Below are positions 19,481 through 30,651 of a DNA stretch of 64,000 nucleotides, piece after piece. This DNA is from Gammaproteobacteria bacterium (GTDB lineage: Bacteria; Pseudomonadota; Gammaproteobacteria; Steroidobacterales; Steroidobacteraceae): NCBI GenBank assembly GCA_021323735.1, contig JAJPKM010000014.1, positions 32,173 to 96,172 on the forward strand, in the 5' to 3' direction. Position 1 is the stretch's first letter; each line of letters opens with the position of its first letter. Made by a program: the position numbers and the translations under genes. The notes beneath the pieces were generated by a model that saw nothing but the letters and a program-made list of their open reading frames with translations, was not told the DNA's origin and did no database searches.

Positions 19481-20239
19481 CTAGTCCAGCGGCTTCGAAC
19501 TTGCCGTCGGCTCCCGATCGAATTGGGCAAAACCGCTGAAATGCCAAGGCCGCACCGCGAGGACGAAGGCCCCTCCTTTGCGCGGCTGGGTCGTCAGGCG
19601 ATCACCCTCGATGATCTCCGCACATTCCCGCGAGGTCGCGCGAAGCGCCCGTTTGATGTGTGCGAAGGCGTCGTCGGACAACCGTCCCCCGTGGAAAAAG
19701 AACTCCTCCTGCACGCCCGCAAACGCGCTCGCGAAGAACTCGTGCAGGAGTTTTTGGTGAATGTATTTCTGCACGGGACCCCCGGGCCTCCAGCTGAAAT
19801 GCCGGCTCACGAGCAGGCGCACGCGGTTGCCCGGCTGAAGTTCGATGACCTTGAGCCGGTCGAGCCGAATTAGATACTGCAAGGCTTCGCGCTTGCTGAA
19901 GTGATAGTCGCGCACGATGTCTTCAAAGGGTGTGCGCACAAGAACCAGCCAAGTCATGAACAGCAGCTTAATGTCAGCGATCAGCTCGCTCTCCTGAGAC
20001 AGGGTCAGCTGGTTGGTCGGCGCCGACCTATCCGCGGCCCGATCCATGACGTCGCTCAAGTCCATCCCGATGAGTTCGCAGATCTGGTCCACGCGCTCGA
20101 GCGACAGATCCTCGGTCGAAAACAGCCGCTTGATGCTTGCCAGGCTCAATTGGAGCCTTTGTGCGACATCGGCATAACTGTGGCCGCTCTCGCGCAACGC
20201 GCGTTTCAGCTCAGCGACAATCAGAGTGCGTTGTGCCAT
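19481..20239 (-). CDS. XRE-type HTH transcriptional regulator with a C-terminal domain of unknown function
   Basis: 'AQRTLIVAELKRALRESGHSYADVAQRLQLSLASIKRLF' HTH. The start is 5 bp from a '..GGAGG..' stretch. Confidence 0.6.
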   Translation of the reverse strand: MAQRTLIVAELKRALRESGHSYADVAQRLQLSLASIKRLFSTEDLSLERVDQICELIGMDLSDVMDRAADRSAPTNQLTLSQESELIADIKLLFMTWLVLVRTPFEDIVRDYHFSKREALQYLIRLDRLKVIELQPGNRVRLLVSRHFSWRPGGPVQKYIHQKLLHEFFASAFAGVQEEFFFHGGRLSDDAFAHIKRALRATSRECAEIIEGDRLTTQPRKGGAFVLAVRPWHFSGFAQFDREPTASSKPLD

Positions 20240-20367
20240 GTTCCACCTCCACGGTATAGGTATCACATAGTAATACCATAAGGCCAGTTAATCGCAACTA
20301 CGGCGATTCCAGTAGCGCAATTGGACACCTTGCGAGAGATTAGCCCTGTACCAAACAGGGAGTTCTC

Positions 20368-21240
20368 ATGAAGTTAAAAGCACTACTCTTTGCCGCATCG
20401 TCGAGCCTCATGCTCTGCGGCTGCGTGCAGCTCGGCTGCTTTTCTGGCTGCAGTACTCACGGCCACAATTCCTCCAGCCTGGTCGAATTTCTTTATCCGC
20501 ATGGCAGCCCGCCGCCGGAACAGAACACCATTCCGCAGCTGCGGGTTCCGCTTCGAGTGGGCCTGGCGTTCTTACCGGCGCATCAGATGGATACCTCGGG
20601 CGCGCTGGATGCGGCCCATCAACAGGAACTGCTGGAACGCATTCGTCAGCGCTTCCTGAGCCGTCAATTCGTGGCCGATATCGTGATTTTGCCGGACTAC
20701 TACCTGTCCGGGCACCAGGGCTTTGAGGGGCTCGCCGGGCTGCAGCGACTTTACAACGTGGATGTGATGGCGTTGGTGTCGTACGACCAGGTCACGCACC
20801 AGGACAGCAACAACTGGTCGTTGGGCTACCTGACCATCGTCGGTGCCTATGTACTGAAAGGCGACCGGCACGACGTCTCGACCTTGGTGGACCTCGCGGT
20901 CGTTGATCCGGCCAGCCGCTCACTGGTGCTGCGCGCCGGGGGCACCGATACTCGTCACGGCAACACCACACTGATTGACTCACAACGCGACACCCGTGAG
21001 GCGACCCGCGAAAGCTACGATGCCGCCGCAGAGCGGATGATTCAGCACTTCGACGCCGCATTGGCAACTTTCGAAGCAGATGTGAGGTCCGGCAAGGCAC
21101 CCGTACGGGTCGTGCGTAAGAATGATGCTGGACACTCCTTTGGCGGGGGCGCGTTGGATTGGCCGACGCTGCTGGCGTTGCTGATGATGGTCACGCTACA
21201 TAGCATCGTGCGGCGGCGGGCCGTAGCCGAAAAGGGATAG
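20368..21240 (+). CDS. Putative lipoprotein with a C-terminal TM anchor
   Basis: Lipobox 'LMLCGCVQ'; C-terminal hydrophobic 'WPTLLALLMMVTL'. Confidence 0.5.
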   Translation: MKLKALLFAASSSLMLCGCVQLGCFSGCSTHGHNSSSLVEFLYPHGSPPPEQNTIPQLRVPLRVGLAFLPAHQMDTSGALDAAHQQELLERIRQRFLSRQFVADIVILPDYYLSGHQGFEGLAGLQRLYNVDVMALVSYDQVTHQDSNNWSLGYLTIVGAYVLKGDRHDVSTLVDLAVVDPASRSLVLRAGGTDTRHGNTTLIDSQRDTREATRESYDAAAERMIQHFDAALATFEADVRSGKAPVRVVRKNDAGHSFGGGALDWPTLLALLMMVTLHSIVRRRAVAEKG

Positions 21241-21244
21241 CGAC

Positions 21245-23461
21245 ATGAACGGAAACACTGTGTTGGGCGCGCGCATCGTGCGCTGGCTATTACGCCTGCT
21301 GTTGAAACCCTTGTTTCGGGTGCAGATCACCGGCGATGCTCAGCAGTTCAAAAACGAGCGCACGCTGATTGTGGCCAACCACGAGTCCTTCCTGGACGGC
21401 ATGCTGCTGGGCGCATTCCTGCCGGTGGCCGCGACATTCGTGGTGCACACCCAAGTCGTAGACAAGTGGTACTTCCGCTGGCTGCTGCGATTCGTCCCGC
21501 ATCTTGCAGTGGACTCCGCCAGTCCACTGGCCATGAAGCTGATCTGCCGGTTGGTCGAGACGGGCACGCCGGTGGTGATTTTTCCTGAAGGGCGCCTCAC
21601 GGTGACGGGCTCGTTGATGAAGGTCTACGACGGCGCGGCGTTTGTCGCCGCCAAGACCGGCGCCACGGTGGTCCCCGTCAGGATCGAGGGCTCTGGTCGC
21701 AGCTACTTCGGGCGCTTGGCCGGAATCTATCCGCTGCAATGGTTCCCGACAATCCGCATCATGATCCAGCCGCGGCGGCAAATTCCAATGGCGCCACTGC
21801 CCTCCGCCAAACTCAGGCGTCGGCGTGCCGGCGAGGTCATGCGCCGTATCCTGACTGACATGCTGGTTGCCACCCGCCCGCGAAGAACGCTGTTTAACGC
21901 ATTCCTGGATGCCAAGGCGACCTTCGGCTCATCCTACTCGATCGTCGAGGACGTCAGGCTTCAAGAGGAGTCGTATGGCTCATTGCTGCGGATGGCGCTC
22001 GCCCTCGGACGGCTGCTGAACTGCGATACAAAGCCTGGCGAGATCGTCGGGGTGATGACCCCAAACGCCGCGCCCACGCTCGCGCTCACCTTGGGACTGT
22101 CGGCCACCGGCCGAATCCCCGCCATGCTCAATTACACCGCGGGTGCCGAAGGTTTGCGCGCGGCTTGTACGGTTGCTCGCATCTCGAACATCGTGACCTC
22201 GCGTGCCTTTCTCGAGAAGGCGCGGCTCACGGAGCTCATCGCTCAGCTCCCCAACATCAAAGTCCACTACCTCGAGGATTTGAAAGCGCGAACTCGGTTG
22301 CCGGACAAGCTCTGGATCATTTGGCACCGGCTTTTCCCGGGCGCACTCGCCGCTTTGAGTCGGCCCGAAGATGCAGCCATCGTGCTGTTCACCTCCGGCT
22401 CCGAAGGCCGCCCAAAGGGGGTCGTGCACTCGCACGATTCCCTGCTCGCCAACGTCGCACAAATACGCGCGGTGGCGGATTTCACACCGCTCGACAAGTT
22501 CATGATCGCCTTGCCGGTGTTTCATTCCTTCGGCCTGGCCTGCGGGATCATCATGCCGCTGGTATCCGGATGCAAAGCGTTCCTGTATCCCAGTCCTCTG
22601 CACTACCGGATCATTCCGGAACTGGTTTATGACCGCAATTGCACGGTGCTTTTCGGCACCTCGACCTTTCTTGCCAACTACGGCAAGTTCGCGCACCCCT
22701 ACGATTTCGGACGCCTGCGCTATGTCGTGGCGGGCGCCGAAAAGCTTTCAGACGACGTGCGCCGCCTGTGGATCGAGAAGTTCGGCATTCGGGTGCTCGA
22801 AGGTTACGGCGTGACGGAATGCGCGCCGGTGATTGCAGTCAATGTCCCCATGGCCTGTCGCATTGGCAGCGTCGGTCAGCTCTCTCCCGGCATGGAATAT
22901 GAATTGGAATCCGTGCCTGGGATCGAAGATGCCGGTGTGCTGCACGTTTCCGGTCCCAACGTCATGAAGGGTTATCTGCTTTATGAGAATCCCGGTGTCA
23001 TTCAGCCGCCGAAATCCATTCGCGAGGGCTGGTATTCGACCGGCGACATCGTACACGTCGATCTCGACGGTTTTCTCCATATCCGCGGACGCATTAAGCG
23101 GTTCGCGAAAGTGGCCGGCGAAATGATTTCTCTCGAGGTGGTGGAACGGATTGCGGCGAGCGCTTCGCCCTCCTTCATGCACGCCGCTTCGAGCCGGGCA
23201 GATGCAGCAAAGGGTGAAGCGCTGGTGCTATTCACCACCGATCCTACGCTCAAGCGAGAACAGTTGAGCACGGCGGCCAAGAGTCTCGGACTGCCCGAAC
23301 TTGCCGTGCCACGGATCCTGAAGACCATAGCCGCCATACCGCTCTTAGGTTCAGGGAAGACTGACTATGTTCAGCTCAAGAAAATGGCTGAGGATTCGAC
23401 CACTCGTGATGTCCCGCTCGCAGCCAGCACGCAACGCACCTCTTCCATCTCTCTCGCATAA
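21245..23461 (+). CDS. aas: Bifunctional 2-acylglycerophosphoethanolamine acyltransferase / acyl-ACP synthetase (Aas)
   Basis: N-terminal PlsC-type acyltransferase 'VANHESFLDGMLL...VIFPEGRLT' fused to an AMP-binding adenylation domain ('LFTSGSEGRPKGV', 'GYGVTEC', 'YSTGDI', 'GRIKRFAKVAGEMIS'); 738 aa. Confidence 0.85.
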   Translation: MNGNTVLGARIVRWLLRLLLKPLFRVQITGDAQQFKNERTLIVANHESFLDGMLLGAFLPVAATFVVHTQVVDKWYFRWLLRFVPHLAVDSASPLAMKLICRLVETGTPVVIFPEGRLTVTGSLMKVYDGAAFVAAKTGATVVPVRIEGSGRSYFGRLAGIYPLQWFPTIRIMIQPRRQIPMAPLPSAKLRRRRAGEVMRRILTDMLVATRPRRTLFNAFLDAKATFGSSYSIVEDVRLQEESYGSLLRMALALGRLLNCDTKPGEIVGVMTPNAAPTLALTLGLSATGRIPAMLNYTAGAEGLRAACTVARISNIVTSRAFLEKARLTELIAQLPNIKVHYLEDLKARTRLPDKLWIIWHRLFPGALAALSRPEDAAIVLFTSGSEGRPKGVVHSHDSLLANVAQIRAVADFTPLDKFMIALPVFHSFGLACGIIMPLVSGCKAFLYPSPLHYRIIPELVYDRNCTVLFGTSTFLANYGKFAHPYDFGRLRYVVAGAEKLSDDVRRLWIEKFGIRVLEGYGVTECAPVIAVNVPMACRIGSVGQLSPGMEYELESVPGIEDAGVLHVSGPNVMKGYLLYENPGVIQPPKSIREGWYSTGDIVHVDLDGFLHIRGRIKRFAKVAGEMISLEVVERIAASASPSFMHAASSRADAAKGEALVLFTTDPTLKREQLSTAAKSLGLPELAVPRILKTIAAIPLLGSGKTDYVQLKKMAEDSTTRDVPLAASTQRTSSISLA

Positions 23462-23472
23462 GGAATTGACCC

Positions 23473-24687
23473 ATGAATGCCCAAAATAATCATGGACTGT
23501 GGTCGCGCGGGATGCTGGCGGTCGTCGCCGCGCAATTCCTGTCCGCGATGGCGGACAACGCGCTGCTGTTCGGCGCGCTCGCGCTGCTGCGCTTGGACCG
23601 CTACCCACTGTGGACCGAACCGTTGTTGCAGGAGTTTTTCGTCGGTGCTTACATCCTCCTGGCGCCTTTTGCGGGTCCGTTTGCCGATGCCTTTCCCAAA
23701 GGCCGGGTGATGCTGGTATCCAATGGACTGAAGCTCGCCGGTGCCTTGGGCATGTGGATGGGCTTGAATCCCTTCCTGACTTATGGCCTCGTGGGTCTCG
23801 GCGCCGCGGCCTATTCACCCGCCAAGTACGGCATTTTGTCGGAACTCGTGCCCTCGGAGCTGCTGGTCAAGGCCAACGGCCTGCTGGAGTCCTCGACGAT
23901 CGCAGCCATCTTATGCGGCGCGATTGCCGGTGGCGCGCTTGCGGACTTGAGCGTACCGCTCGCTCTCGGCGTCGTCACCGCTTGTTATGCCGCCGCGGCG
24001 GCGGCCAATCTGTTCATTCCCAAACTGCCGCCGGTACACGCTTTGAGTCAGTTTTCGCCGAACGCCATGATGCGCGACTTCGTAGCGGCGGTGCGCTCCA
24101 TGGTGAAAACTGAGGACACCCGTTTCTCCATGATTGGCACGAGCCTGTTCTGGGGTACCGGCGGCACGATGCGATTTTTGTTGGTCGCCTGGGTACCCGT
24201 CGCGCTCGGAATCACGACCAACCGTATGCCGGCATATCTGAATGCCATGGTCGCTGTGGGCATCGTCATCGGTGCCGGTCTTGCCTCCAAGTTCGTGACC
24301 TTGGACAAGGCGGATCGAGCGCTTCCGGCCGGTGTGCTCATCGGCGCTGCCGTGTGCCTCCTGGCCGTCACCACGCACTTGCCCACCGCCTTCCTCGTCA
24401 TGGGGTTGGTCGGCAGTTGCGGTGGGTTCTTTGTCGTGCCGCTGAACGCGCTCCTACAAGAGCGAGGTCGCCAAAGTGTGGGCGCGGGGCACGCCATCGC
24501 GGTCCAGAATCTGGCGGAGAATGCGTCCATGCTGGTGATGATCGGTCTCTATACGCTGGCTGTCCGGGCCGGCGCTTCAATTACGGGCATCGCGATGCTT
24601 TTCGGCCTGGCACTGTCGGCGACCATGGGCATCCTGTGGGTACATCGCGTCCGCGGCCGCGCCAGTGAACCGTTGACTGCGGTCTGA
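23473..24687 (+). CDS. lplT: Lysophospholipid transporter LplT (MFS)
   Basis: 12-TM MFS protein adjacent to aas, about 400 aa, with LplT-like conserved stretches ('[12 protein letters not shown]', 'YSPAKYGIL'). Confidence 0.75.
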   Translation: MNAQNNHGLWSRGMLAVVAAQFLSAMADNALLFGALALLRLDRYPLWTEPLLQEFFVGAYILLAPFAGPFADAFPKGRVMLVSNGLKLAGALGMWMGLNPFLTYGLVGLGAAAYSPAKYGILSELVPSELLVKANGLLESSTIAAILCGAIAGGALADLSVPLALGVVTACYAAAAAANLFIPKLPPVHALSQFSPNAMMRDFVAAVRSMVKTEDTRFSMIGTSLFWGTGGTMRFLLVAWVPVALGITTNRMPAYLNAMVAVGIVIGAGLASKFVTLDKADRALPAGVLIGAAVCLLAVTTHLPTAFLVMGLVGSCGGFFVVPLNALLQERGRQSVGAGHAIAVQNLAENASMLVMIGLYTLAVRAGASITGIAMLFGLALSATMGILWVHRVRGRASEPLTAV

Positions 24688-24706
24688 ACGAACCAAGGAA
24701 CCTGAC

Positions 24707-27463
24707 ATGCATCTGATTCTGCCCGTCATCGGCATACTCGTTGCAATGCTACTCGGTGATTCCGCCAATCGCAGCTTCGATCTGGTCGTGGGCGCATTCG
24801 TTGGATTTCTCGTCGCCGATCTTGGCGTTCTTCGCGCGGAACTTAAAGCGTTGCGCAACACGCTCGCGCAACTCACCGTTGAAATGAGGCGCCGCACGGC
24901 CACATCGAGCACCGCCACGGCTGCCCCGGAACCTGCTTCTAGGCCGGATACTCCGGCGGAAATCGATGAGACGGAGGTGCCGGCCGATTCGATAGCCATT
25001 GACCCGGCCAATCTGCCTTGGCGGGAATTCGAGCATTCGCCCAGAGTGAATTCGCCTTCGGCGAATCTGCCTCCGCTGCAATCGCCACCGACGGAATCGC
25101 GGCTGGCGACCGAGGCGCCACCGACCAGGAGCCCGCCTCCCGACTCGCCCCTTGTGGCCGCGATTCGCAACTTCTTCACCGGTGGCAATACTCTGGTACG
25201 CGTCGGCGTGATCGTATTGTTCTTTGGTGTGGCGTTCCTGCTGCGTTACATGGCAGAACACACCCATATTCCCATCGAAGTGCGCCTCACCGGCATTGCG
25301 CTCGCCGCAATCGCACTCATCATCGTCGGTTGGCGGCTGCGCGCCCGCCGCACCGGCTATGCGCTCAGCTTGCAAGGCGGAGGCGTCGGAATTCTGTATT
25401 TGATCGTGTTCGCCGCCTTACGCCTCTACAAGATTCTCCCCGCAGAAATTGCATTTCCTCTGCTGGTCGCGATTGCCGCGCTCTCCGCACTGTTGGCCGT
25501 TGTGCAAGAATCGATGTGGTTCGCCCTGCTCGCGGTGACCGGTGGATTCCTAGCCCCTATTCTCGCCTCCACCGGGGAAGGCAGCCATGTGGTCTTGTTC
25601 AGTTATTACCTGGTGCTGAACTTCGGCATACTCGCAGTGGCTTGGTTCAAGGCCTGGCGGCCGCTCAATGTGGCAGGCTTCGCATTTACGTTCGCAATCG
25701 GAACCGCCTGGGGAGTCCTTAATTATCGGCCGGCGGATTTTGCCACCACCGAGCCCTTCTTGATCCTCTTCTTCTTGTTCTATTTGGCCATTTCAATTCT
25801 TTTCACTCTCCGCCAGCCCGTGAAACTCACCGGCTATGTCGATTCGACGCTCATATTCGGCACGCCCATCATCGCCTTCTCGCTGCAGTCGGCCATGCTG
25901 CACGATCGTCTCATGCCATTGGCTTATAGCGCGGTCGCCCTCAGCGCGCTGTATCTCATCGCCGCCTGGGCTTTGCAGCAGCGCCGCTCGGACACTCAAA
26001 AGCTACTTATAGAATCATTCATTGCGCTGGCCATTGCCTTTCTGACCCTGGCCGTGCCCCTGGCCCTGGATGCCCGATGGAATGCGGCGACCTGGGCGCT
26101 CGAGGGAACCGCCCTCATCTGGGTCGGCTGTCGCCAGAACCGCCTGTTGCCGCGCGTGTTCGGAACTCTGTTGAATTTGGTGGCCGCCGGCATCGTCCTG
26201 CAGACGTTCGACCGCACAGACGCCGTTCTTTCGTACGGCGCCTATTTCGGCATTGTGGTACAAAGCGCCGCGGCGCTGTTCTCGGCGCGTACGCTCAACG
26301 CCAACCGCGAGAAGCTGGCGGACTTGGAATCCCACGTTGCCGACCTCCTCTACTGCGTGGGTGTTGGCCTGTGGCTGGCCGGGACTTCTAGCGAGATCCA
26401 TCTTCACCTCGTCTCGATCAAGGTGGCAGCCACTCTCCTCTTGGTTAGTCTCACAACGGTTGTGTCGGCTGTAGTTTTCAAGCGCGCCGAGCTTCAGTCC
26501 GCTCGATTCATTGCGCTGCTGCAATTGCCGGCAATGCTGTTATTCGCAGCCGTTGCAACTGTCATGGACAGTCATCCTTTCGCCAATGGCGGCTGGTGGG
26601 CGTGGCCGCTCGCCTTTGCAGCTCTCTATTCAGTGATGTACCGCTTGGAAGGCCCAAGTCGTGCCACCCTTGCCAATGCACTGAATGCCACCGCGTCCTG
26701 GCTGATCTGCGCTTTGTTGAGTTGGGAGATCGCCTGGCAGGTGAACACAGGGTTGACACCGAGCGATACCTGGCGCGCGGCGGTCTGGGTTATTGTCCCG
26801 GCCGCGCACCTGTGGTGGCTGCCGCGTCTCGTAACCCGTGTGCAATGGCCATTTGCCAAGAACCGCGAAGCCTATCTTTTCATCGCCGGCATCGGCATGA
26901 CGGCATATCTTGCCGCATGGAGCTTGATCACGAACCTTACCTGCACCGGCGACACTGCGCCATTGCCGTATCTGCCGGTACTGAACGCGCTCGATATCGC
27001 TCAGGCCTCGGTGCTCCTCAATTTGGTGCGCTATTGGCGATTCTTGAAGTCGGTGAACTCTCCCGGATTTGCGCGCATGGACAAGAGACTGCCCCCGGCG
27101 ACCCTCGTGGCGCTGACCTTCGTTTTTCTGAACGCGATTCTGCTGCGATCCTTGCATCAATGGTTCGGCGTCGGCTTGCGACTCGATCAACTCATGGCCT
27201 CCACATTGGTGCAGACTTCGATTTCGCTCTTTTGGACTGTGCTTGCGCTGCTAACCATGTTGTTTGCCACGCGCAAAGGCAGCCGTATGATCTGGGTGCT
27301 CGGCGCCACGCTGCTGGGCGTCGTCATTGCAAAACTGTTCTTGATCGATCTCTCCCGCAGCGGATCGGTCGAACGTATCATCTCGTTCGTAGGCGTCGGG
27401 CTACTGATGCTGATTGTGGGTTACTTGTCGCCTCTGCCACCCGCAAGGAAGTCACCATCATGA
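24707..27463 (+). CDS. Large polytopic membrane protein, DUF2339-like
   Basis: 918 aa; N-terminal TM, Pro/Ser-rich linker, then more than 20 predicted TM helices. Confidence 0.6.
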   Translation: MHLILPVIGILVAMLLGDSANRSFDLVVGAFVGFLVADLGVLRAELKALRNTLAQLTVEMRRRTATSSTATAAPEPASRPDTPAEIDETEVPADSIAIDPANLPWREFEHSPRVNSPSANLPPLQSPPTESRLATEAPPTRSPPPDSPLVAAIRNFFTGGNTLVRVGVIVLFFGVAFLLRYMAEHTHIPIEVRLTGIALAAIALIIVGWRLRARRTGYALSLQGGGVGILYLIVFAALRLYKILPAEIAFPLLVAIAALSALLAVVQESMWFALLAVTGGFLAPILASTGEGSHVVLFSYYLVLNFGILAVAWFKAWRPLNVAGFAFTFAIGTAWGVLNYRPADFATTEPFLILFFLFYLAISILFTLRQPVKLTGYVDSTLIFGTPIIAFSLQSAMLHDRLMPLAYSAVALSALYLIAAWALQQRRSDTQKLLIESFIALAIAFLTLAVPLALDARWNAATWALEGTALIWVGCRQNRLLPRVFGTLLNLVAAGIVLQTFDRTDAVLSYGAYFGIVVQSAAALFSARTLNANREKLADLESHVADLLYCVGVGLWLAGTSSEIHLHLVSIKVAATLLLVSLTTVVSAVVFKRAELQSARFIALLQLPAMLLFAAVATVMDSHPFANGGWWAWPLAFAALYSVMYRLEGPSRATLANALNATASWLICALLSWEIAWQVNTGLTPSDTWRAAVWVIVPAAHLWWLPRLVTRVQWPFAKNREAYLFIAGIGMTAYLAAWSLITNLTCTGDTAPLPYLPVLNALDIAQASVLLNLVRYWRFLKSVNSPGFARMDKRLPPATLVALTFVFLNAILLRSLHQWFGVGLRLDQLMASTLVQTSISLFWTVLALLTMLFATRKGSRMIWVLGATLLGVVIAKLFLIDLSRSGSVERIISFVGVGLLMLIVGYLSPLPPARKSPS

Positions 27464-28794
27464 ATCGAGCGCTCGGGGTCGCATTCATCCTGCTTTGGAA
27501 TTTGAGCGCAGCGAAGGCGGCATCCGAATCGCCACAAGATTTCGCCTATGGTCAGCCCGTGATCACAATGGAAGCCGCCGCGGCTTACCGCGTGACCCTA
27601 CCGCTCGCCATCTACCAAAGTATCTTGAGTGCCAATTTGTCGGACTTGCGCGTATTCAACGACGCCGGGGCGGTCGTCCCTTATTCGCTGTCTCGTCCGG
27701 CTGAGCAAGCGCGGCCTAAAACACCCGCCGTGTCGCTGCCGTTATTCCCCCTTCACGGCTCCCCGGTTCTTATCAACGGCGTGCAAGTCACGATCAATTC
27801 CACAGGATCCGCGGTTAGCCTGCAGACTCAAAATGGCAGCGGCCAGCTAAGCAACGGCACGCGGCAGTATCTGCTGGACGCGCATGACTCTGATACCGCC
27901 TATTCCGCGCTGCAACTGACGTGGCCGGATACGGCAACGGATTTCACCGGTCGCTTGAGCATCGAAGTCAGTGATGATCTGGCGGCGTGGCGCGCAGTCA
28001 TTGCCGCCGCGCCGATCGCGAATCTTCACGCCAATGGCCAGTCGCTGATCGAGAACCGCATCAGCCTCCCGCCCACAAAAGCCAAATTCTGGCGCTTGAC
28101 CTGGCTCGGAGCCGCACCCAGTTTTGAATTGAGCACGGTGCTCGCCGAGCCGGCATCCAACCCCATCGAACAGCGGTACGACTCTCTCGACCTTACCGGG
28201 CTCCGAGAGAAGGATTCGCAGGATTATATGTTTGACTCGAGCGCCCACCTCCCGGTGACGCGTCTGAATATTCTACTTAGCGACGTGAATACCCTCGCCA
28301 ACGTCGAGTTGTCTTCTCGCTCCGACATCGATAAGCCCTGGCACCCGGTCACGCGCGCGCTGGTATACCGGCTGAAGACGACGGAATCCGAACAACACAA
28401 CGCCCCAATTGAGGTGGCCACGGATACCGATCGCTTCTGGCGCGTGCACATCGTCGGCACCGGCATCCCCCCGCAAGCGCCCCTCACTCTCCATGTCGAG
28501 TGGGTACCCCACGAACTGACATTTCTGGCCCAAGGTCACGAGCCCTTTCTAGTCGCCTATGGCAGCGCCGCTGCAGGCCGCGTCGAGGCCGACTTCAGCC
28601 ATCTGCCCACCAATTTGCAAATGGCAGCCGCCACGTTAGGCCCGCCAGAGAGCCTGGGAGGAATCGCTCGCCTCACTGCCCCACGCGCCCCCTTTCCACG
28701 CACGCGCGCCATCCTCTGGGCAATCCTGCTCCTCTCGGTCGTGATTCTCGGGTGGATGGCTTTTCGTGTAGCGAAAGAACACGGTCCCATATAA
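27460..28794 (+). CDS. DUF3999-like secreted/membrane-anchored protein (partner of DUF2339)
   Basis: Starts with ATGA overlap with the upstream gene; signal peptide 'MNRALGVAFILLWNLSAAKA'; C-terminal TM 'AILWAILLLSVVILGWMAF'. The listed ORF's N-terminal extension from 26596 is antisense read-through. Confidence 0.55.
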   Translation: MNRALGVAFILLWNLSAAKAASESPQDFAYGQPVITMEAAAAYRVTLPLAIYQSILSANLSDLRVFNDAGAVVPYSLSRPAEQARPKTPAVSLPLFPLHGSPVLINGVQVTINSTGSAVSLQTQNGSGQLSNGTRQYLLDAHDSDTAYSALQLTWPDTATDFTGRLSIEVSDDLAAWRAVIAAAPIANLHANGQSLIENRISLPPTKAKFWRLTWLGAAPSFELSTVLAEPASNPIEQRYDSLDLTGLREKDSQDYMFDSSAHLPVTRLNILLSDVNTLANVELSSRSDIDKPWHPVTRALVYRLKTTESEQHNAPIEVATDTDRFWRVHIVGTGIPPQAPLTLHVEWVPHELTFLAQGHEPFLVAYGSAAAGRVEADFSHLPTNLQMAAATLGPPESLGGIARLTAPRAPFPRTRAILWAILLLSVVILGWMAFRVAKEHGPI

Positions 28795-29143
28795 TCGCGC
28801 AACGCGAAGCCCGAAAAGTCAGGCGAATCGTAAAGCCGAGCTTGAAATACGTCCGGGCTCACGCCAAACGCCTTGCAAGGGTGAGCGCGAATGCATTCTC
28901 GACGCGACTCAATTTGCACCAGTTTCGTCGTGACGCGAGAGCTTAAGCTTTCACAGGCGTTGACGACGGACCACCTCTTCTCGCGAACGGGGTTCGATGC
29001 CTTGTTGCTGTCTGCTTTGCAATAAGTTCGTCACGATTCGCTGAGCTATCCTAGGCGCGCATTTTCCGCCCCCGGGACCACCTCCTTGGGCGATAATGGC
29101 CTCTTGCGAACCAAATCGTTTTGCGAAATTACAGGTCTCGTTC

Positions 29144-30604
29144 ATGACCCCGGGTCGAAATGATCCTTGCCTCTGCGGCAGCGGCAAGAAGTACAAACAC
29201 TGTTGTTTGCGCGCGGCGGCCAACTCCGCCGATTCCCCGGTGGAGATCTCTTGGCGGCGGGTGCGGCGGGCGCTGGACGAATTCGCCATGGCGAGCTTGA
29301 TGCTCCCTTTTGTGGCTGAAGCGTACGGTCCCAATGCGCTTGAAGAGGCATGGGAAGAATTCTCCGGCGCTCAAGAACCTTTTGATCCCGAGACCCCGCA
29401 CATCCAGGTCTTTATGCCGTGGTTCTTTCATCGCTGGTCGCCCGATCCGTACGGCACCGAGGTTACGGACACCGCGCTTCACCAGCGCAGTCCGACCAAG
29501 CTTTTTCTGGAACGCAGAGGTGTACGGCTTGACCCCGTGATACGACGGTACCTTGAGTCTTGCCTGGAGGCCCCTTTTAGTTTCCACGAGATTTTGCGCT
29601 GCGATCCGGGCCACGGGTTTCAGGCCCGGGATCTTTTCACCGGCGAGGAACGGGCGGTGCTGGAACGGATGGCAACCCAGGGAATGCAACGCGGCGATAT
29701 CGTATTCGGCCAACTGGTCACGGCGGAGGGCATCACCATACTCGAGGCCGCCTCCTTTTGCTTTATCCCGCCGATCTACAAGATCGAGCTTATCGATTTT
29801 CGCAAGAAATTGCTGCGTGGCGAGCCCCGTTTCACTGCTGCAACCCTGTGTGAATGGGACCTCGAACTCGTTGAGCGTTACTTGGACATCATGGACAAGG
29901 TGCTGCATCCGCAGCTTCCGAAGCTTCACAACACCGATGGCGAGCCGCTGGAGATGCACCGCCTCGTGTTCGATATCGATTCACCCGAGAAAGTATTCCA
30001 AGCACTGAAGTCGCTCGATTTAGGCCGCTCCGAGGAGGAGCTACTCGCCGCCACGAAGCGTACGGCACGCGGCGAGTTCAAAAGCGTGCAATTCAACTGG
30101 TCGATGGCAGGCAATCAAATGCACGAGAACTGGTCCACCACGATCCTCGGTCACCTCGAGATCAAGGGACGGCGCATGCTGGCCGAAGTCAATTCCTCGC
30201 GTCGGGCGCATGAATTCAAGACCCTGGTCCAGGAGCGCCTGGGAAGTGAGGCACGGCTTCGCGCTGACCGCATCCAGTCAGTCGAGAAAATGTTGGCCGA
30301 GCGCAACGGCGCGGGGCTGCAGGATTCCGTCCGAGAGGCAGAATCCAGCGCGCTCGCGGAACACCCTGAGGTGCAGGCCCGCGTGCAACAGATGATGGCT
30401 GAGCACTTCGAGCGCTGGGTAACCGAGAAGATTCCAGCGCTCAACGGGCAAACGCCGCTCGAGGCAGTTCGCCATCCAGACGGCCGCGAGAAAGTCATGG
30501 CGCTCGTCATTGAGGCAGAGCGCAGTGCGCGCCGCATGAAACCCCCTGTGGATCCAGTTACCCTGCGCCGGGTCCGAGAACGGCTAGGGCTCACAGACGA
30601 TTGA
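29144..30604 (+). CDS. SEC-C metal-binding-motif protein
   Basis: 'MTPGRNDPCLCGSGKKYKHCC' is a SecA C-terminal-type zinc motif at the N-terminus; remainder unknown. Confidence 0.6.
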   Translation: MTPGRNDPCLCGSGKKYKHCCLRAAANSADSPVEISWRRVRRALDEFAMASLMLPFVAEAYGPNALEEAWEEFSGAQEPFDPETPHIQVFMPWFFHRWSPDPYGTEVTDTALHQRSPTKLFLERRGVRLDPVIRRYLESCLEAPFSFHEILRCDPGHGFQARDLFTGEERAVLERMATQGMQRGDIVFGQLVTAEGITILEAASFCFIPPIYKIELIDFRKKLLRGEPRFTAATLCEWDLELVERYLDIMDKVLHPQLPKLHNTDGEPLEMHRLVFDIDSPEKVFQALKSLDLGRSEEELLAATKRTARGEFKSVQFNWSMAGNQMHENWSTTILGHLEIKGRRMLAEVNSSRRAHEFKTLVQERLGSEARLRADRIQSVEKMLAERNGAGLQDSVREAESSALAEHPEVQARVQQMMAEHFERWVTEKIPALNGQTPLEAVRHPDGREKVMALVIEAERSARRMKPPVDPVTLRRVRERLGLTDD

Positions 30605-30651
30605 GAGGCCTGCCTCCAATTAGGTCCCGCAAGATCCCCGCACCACACTGT

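Noticed and set aside
26596-27459. Long N-terminal extension of the DUF3999 ORF (listed 26596..28794)
   Set aside because: The extension runs through the end of the DUF2339 gene in another frame; the true start is the ATG at 27460, followed by a signal peptide.
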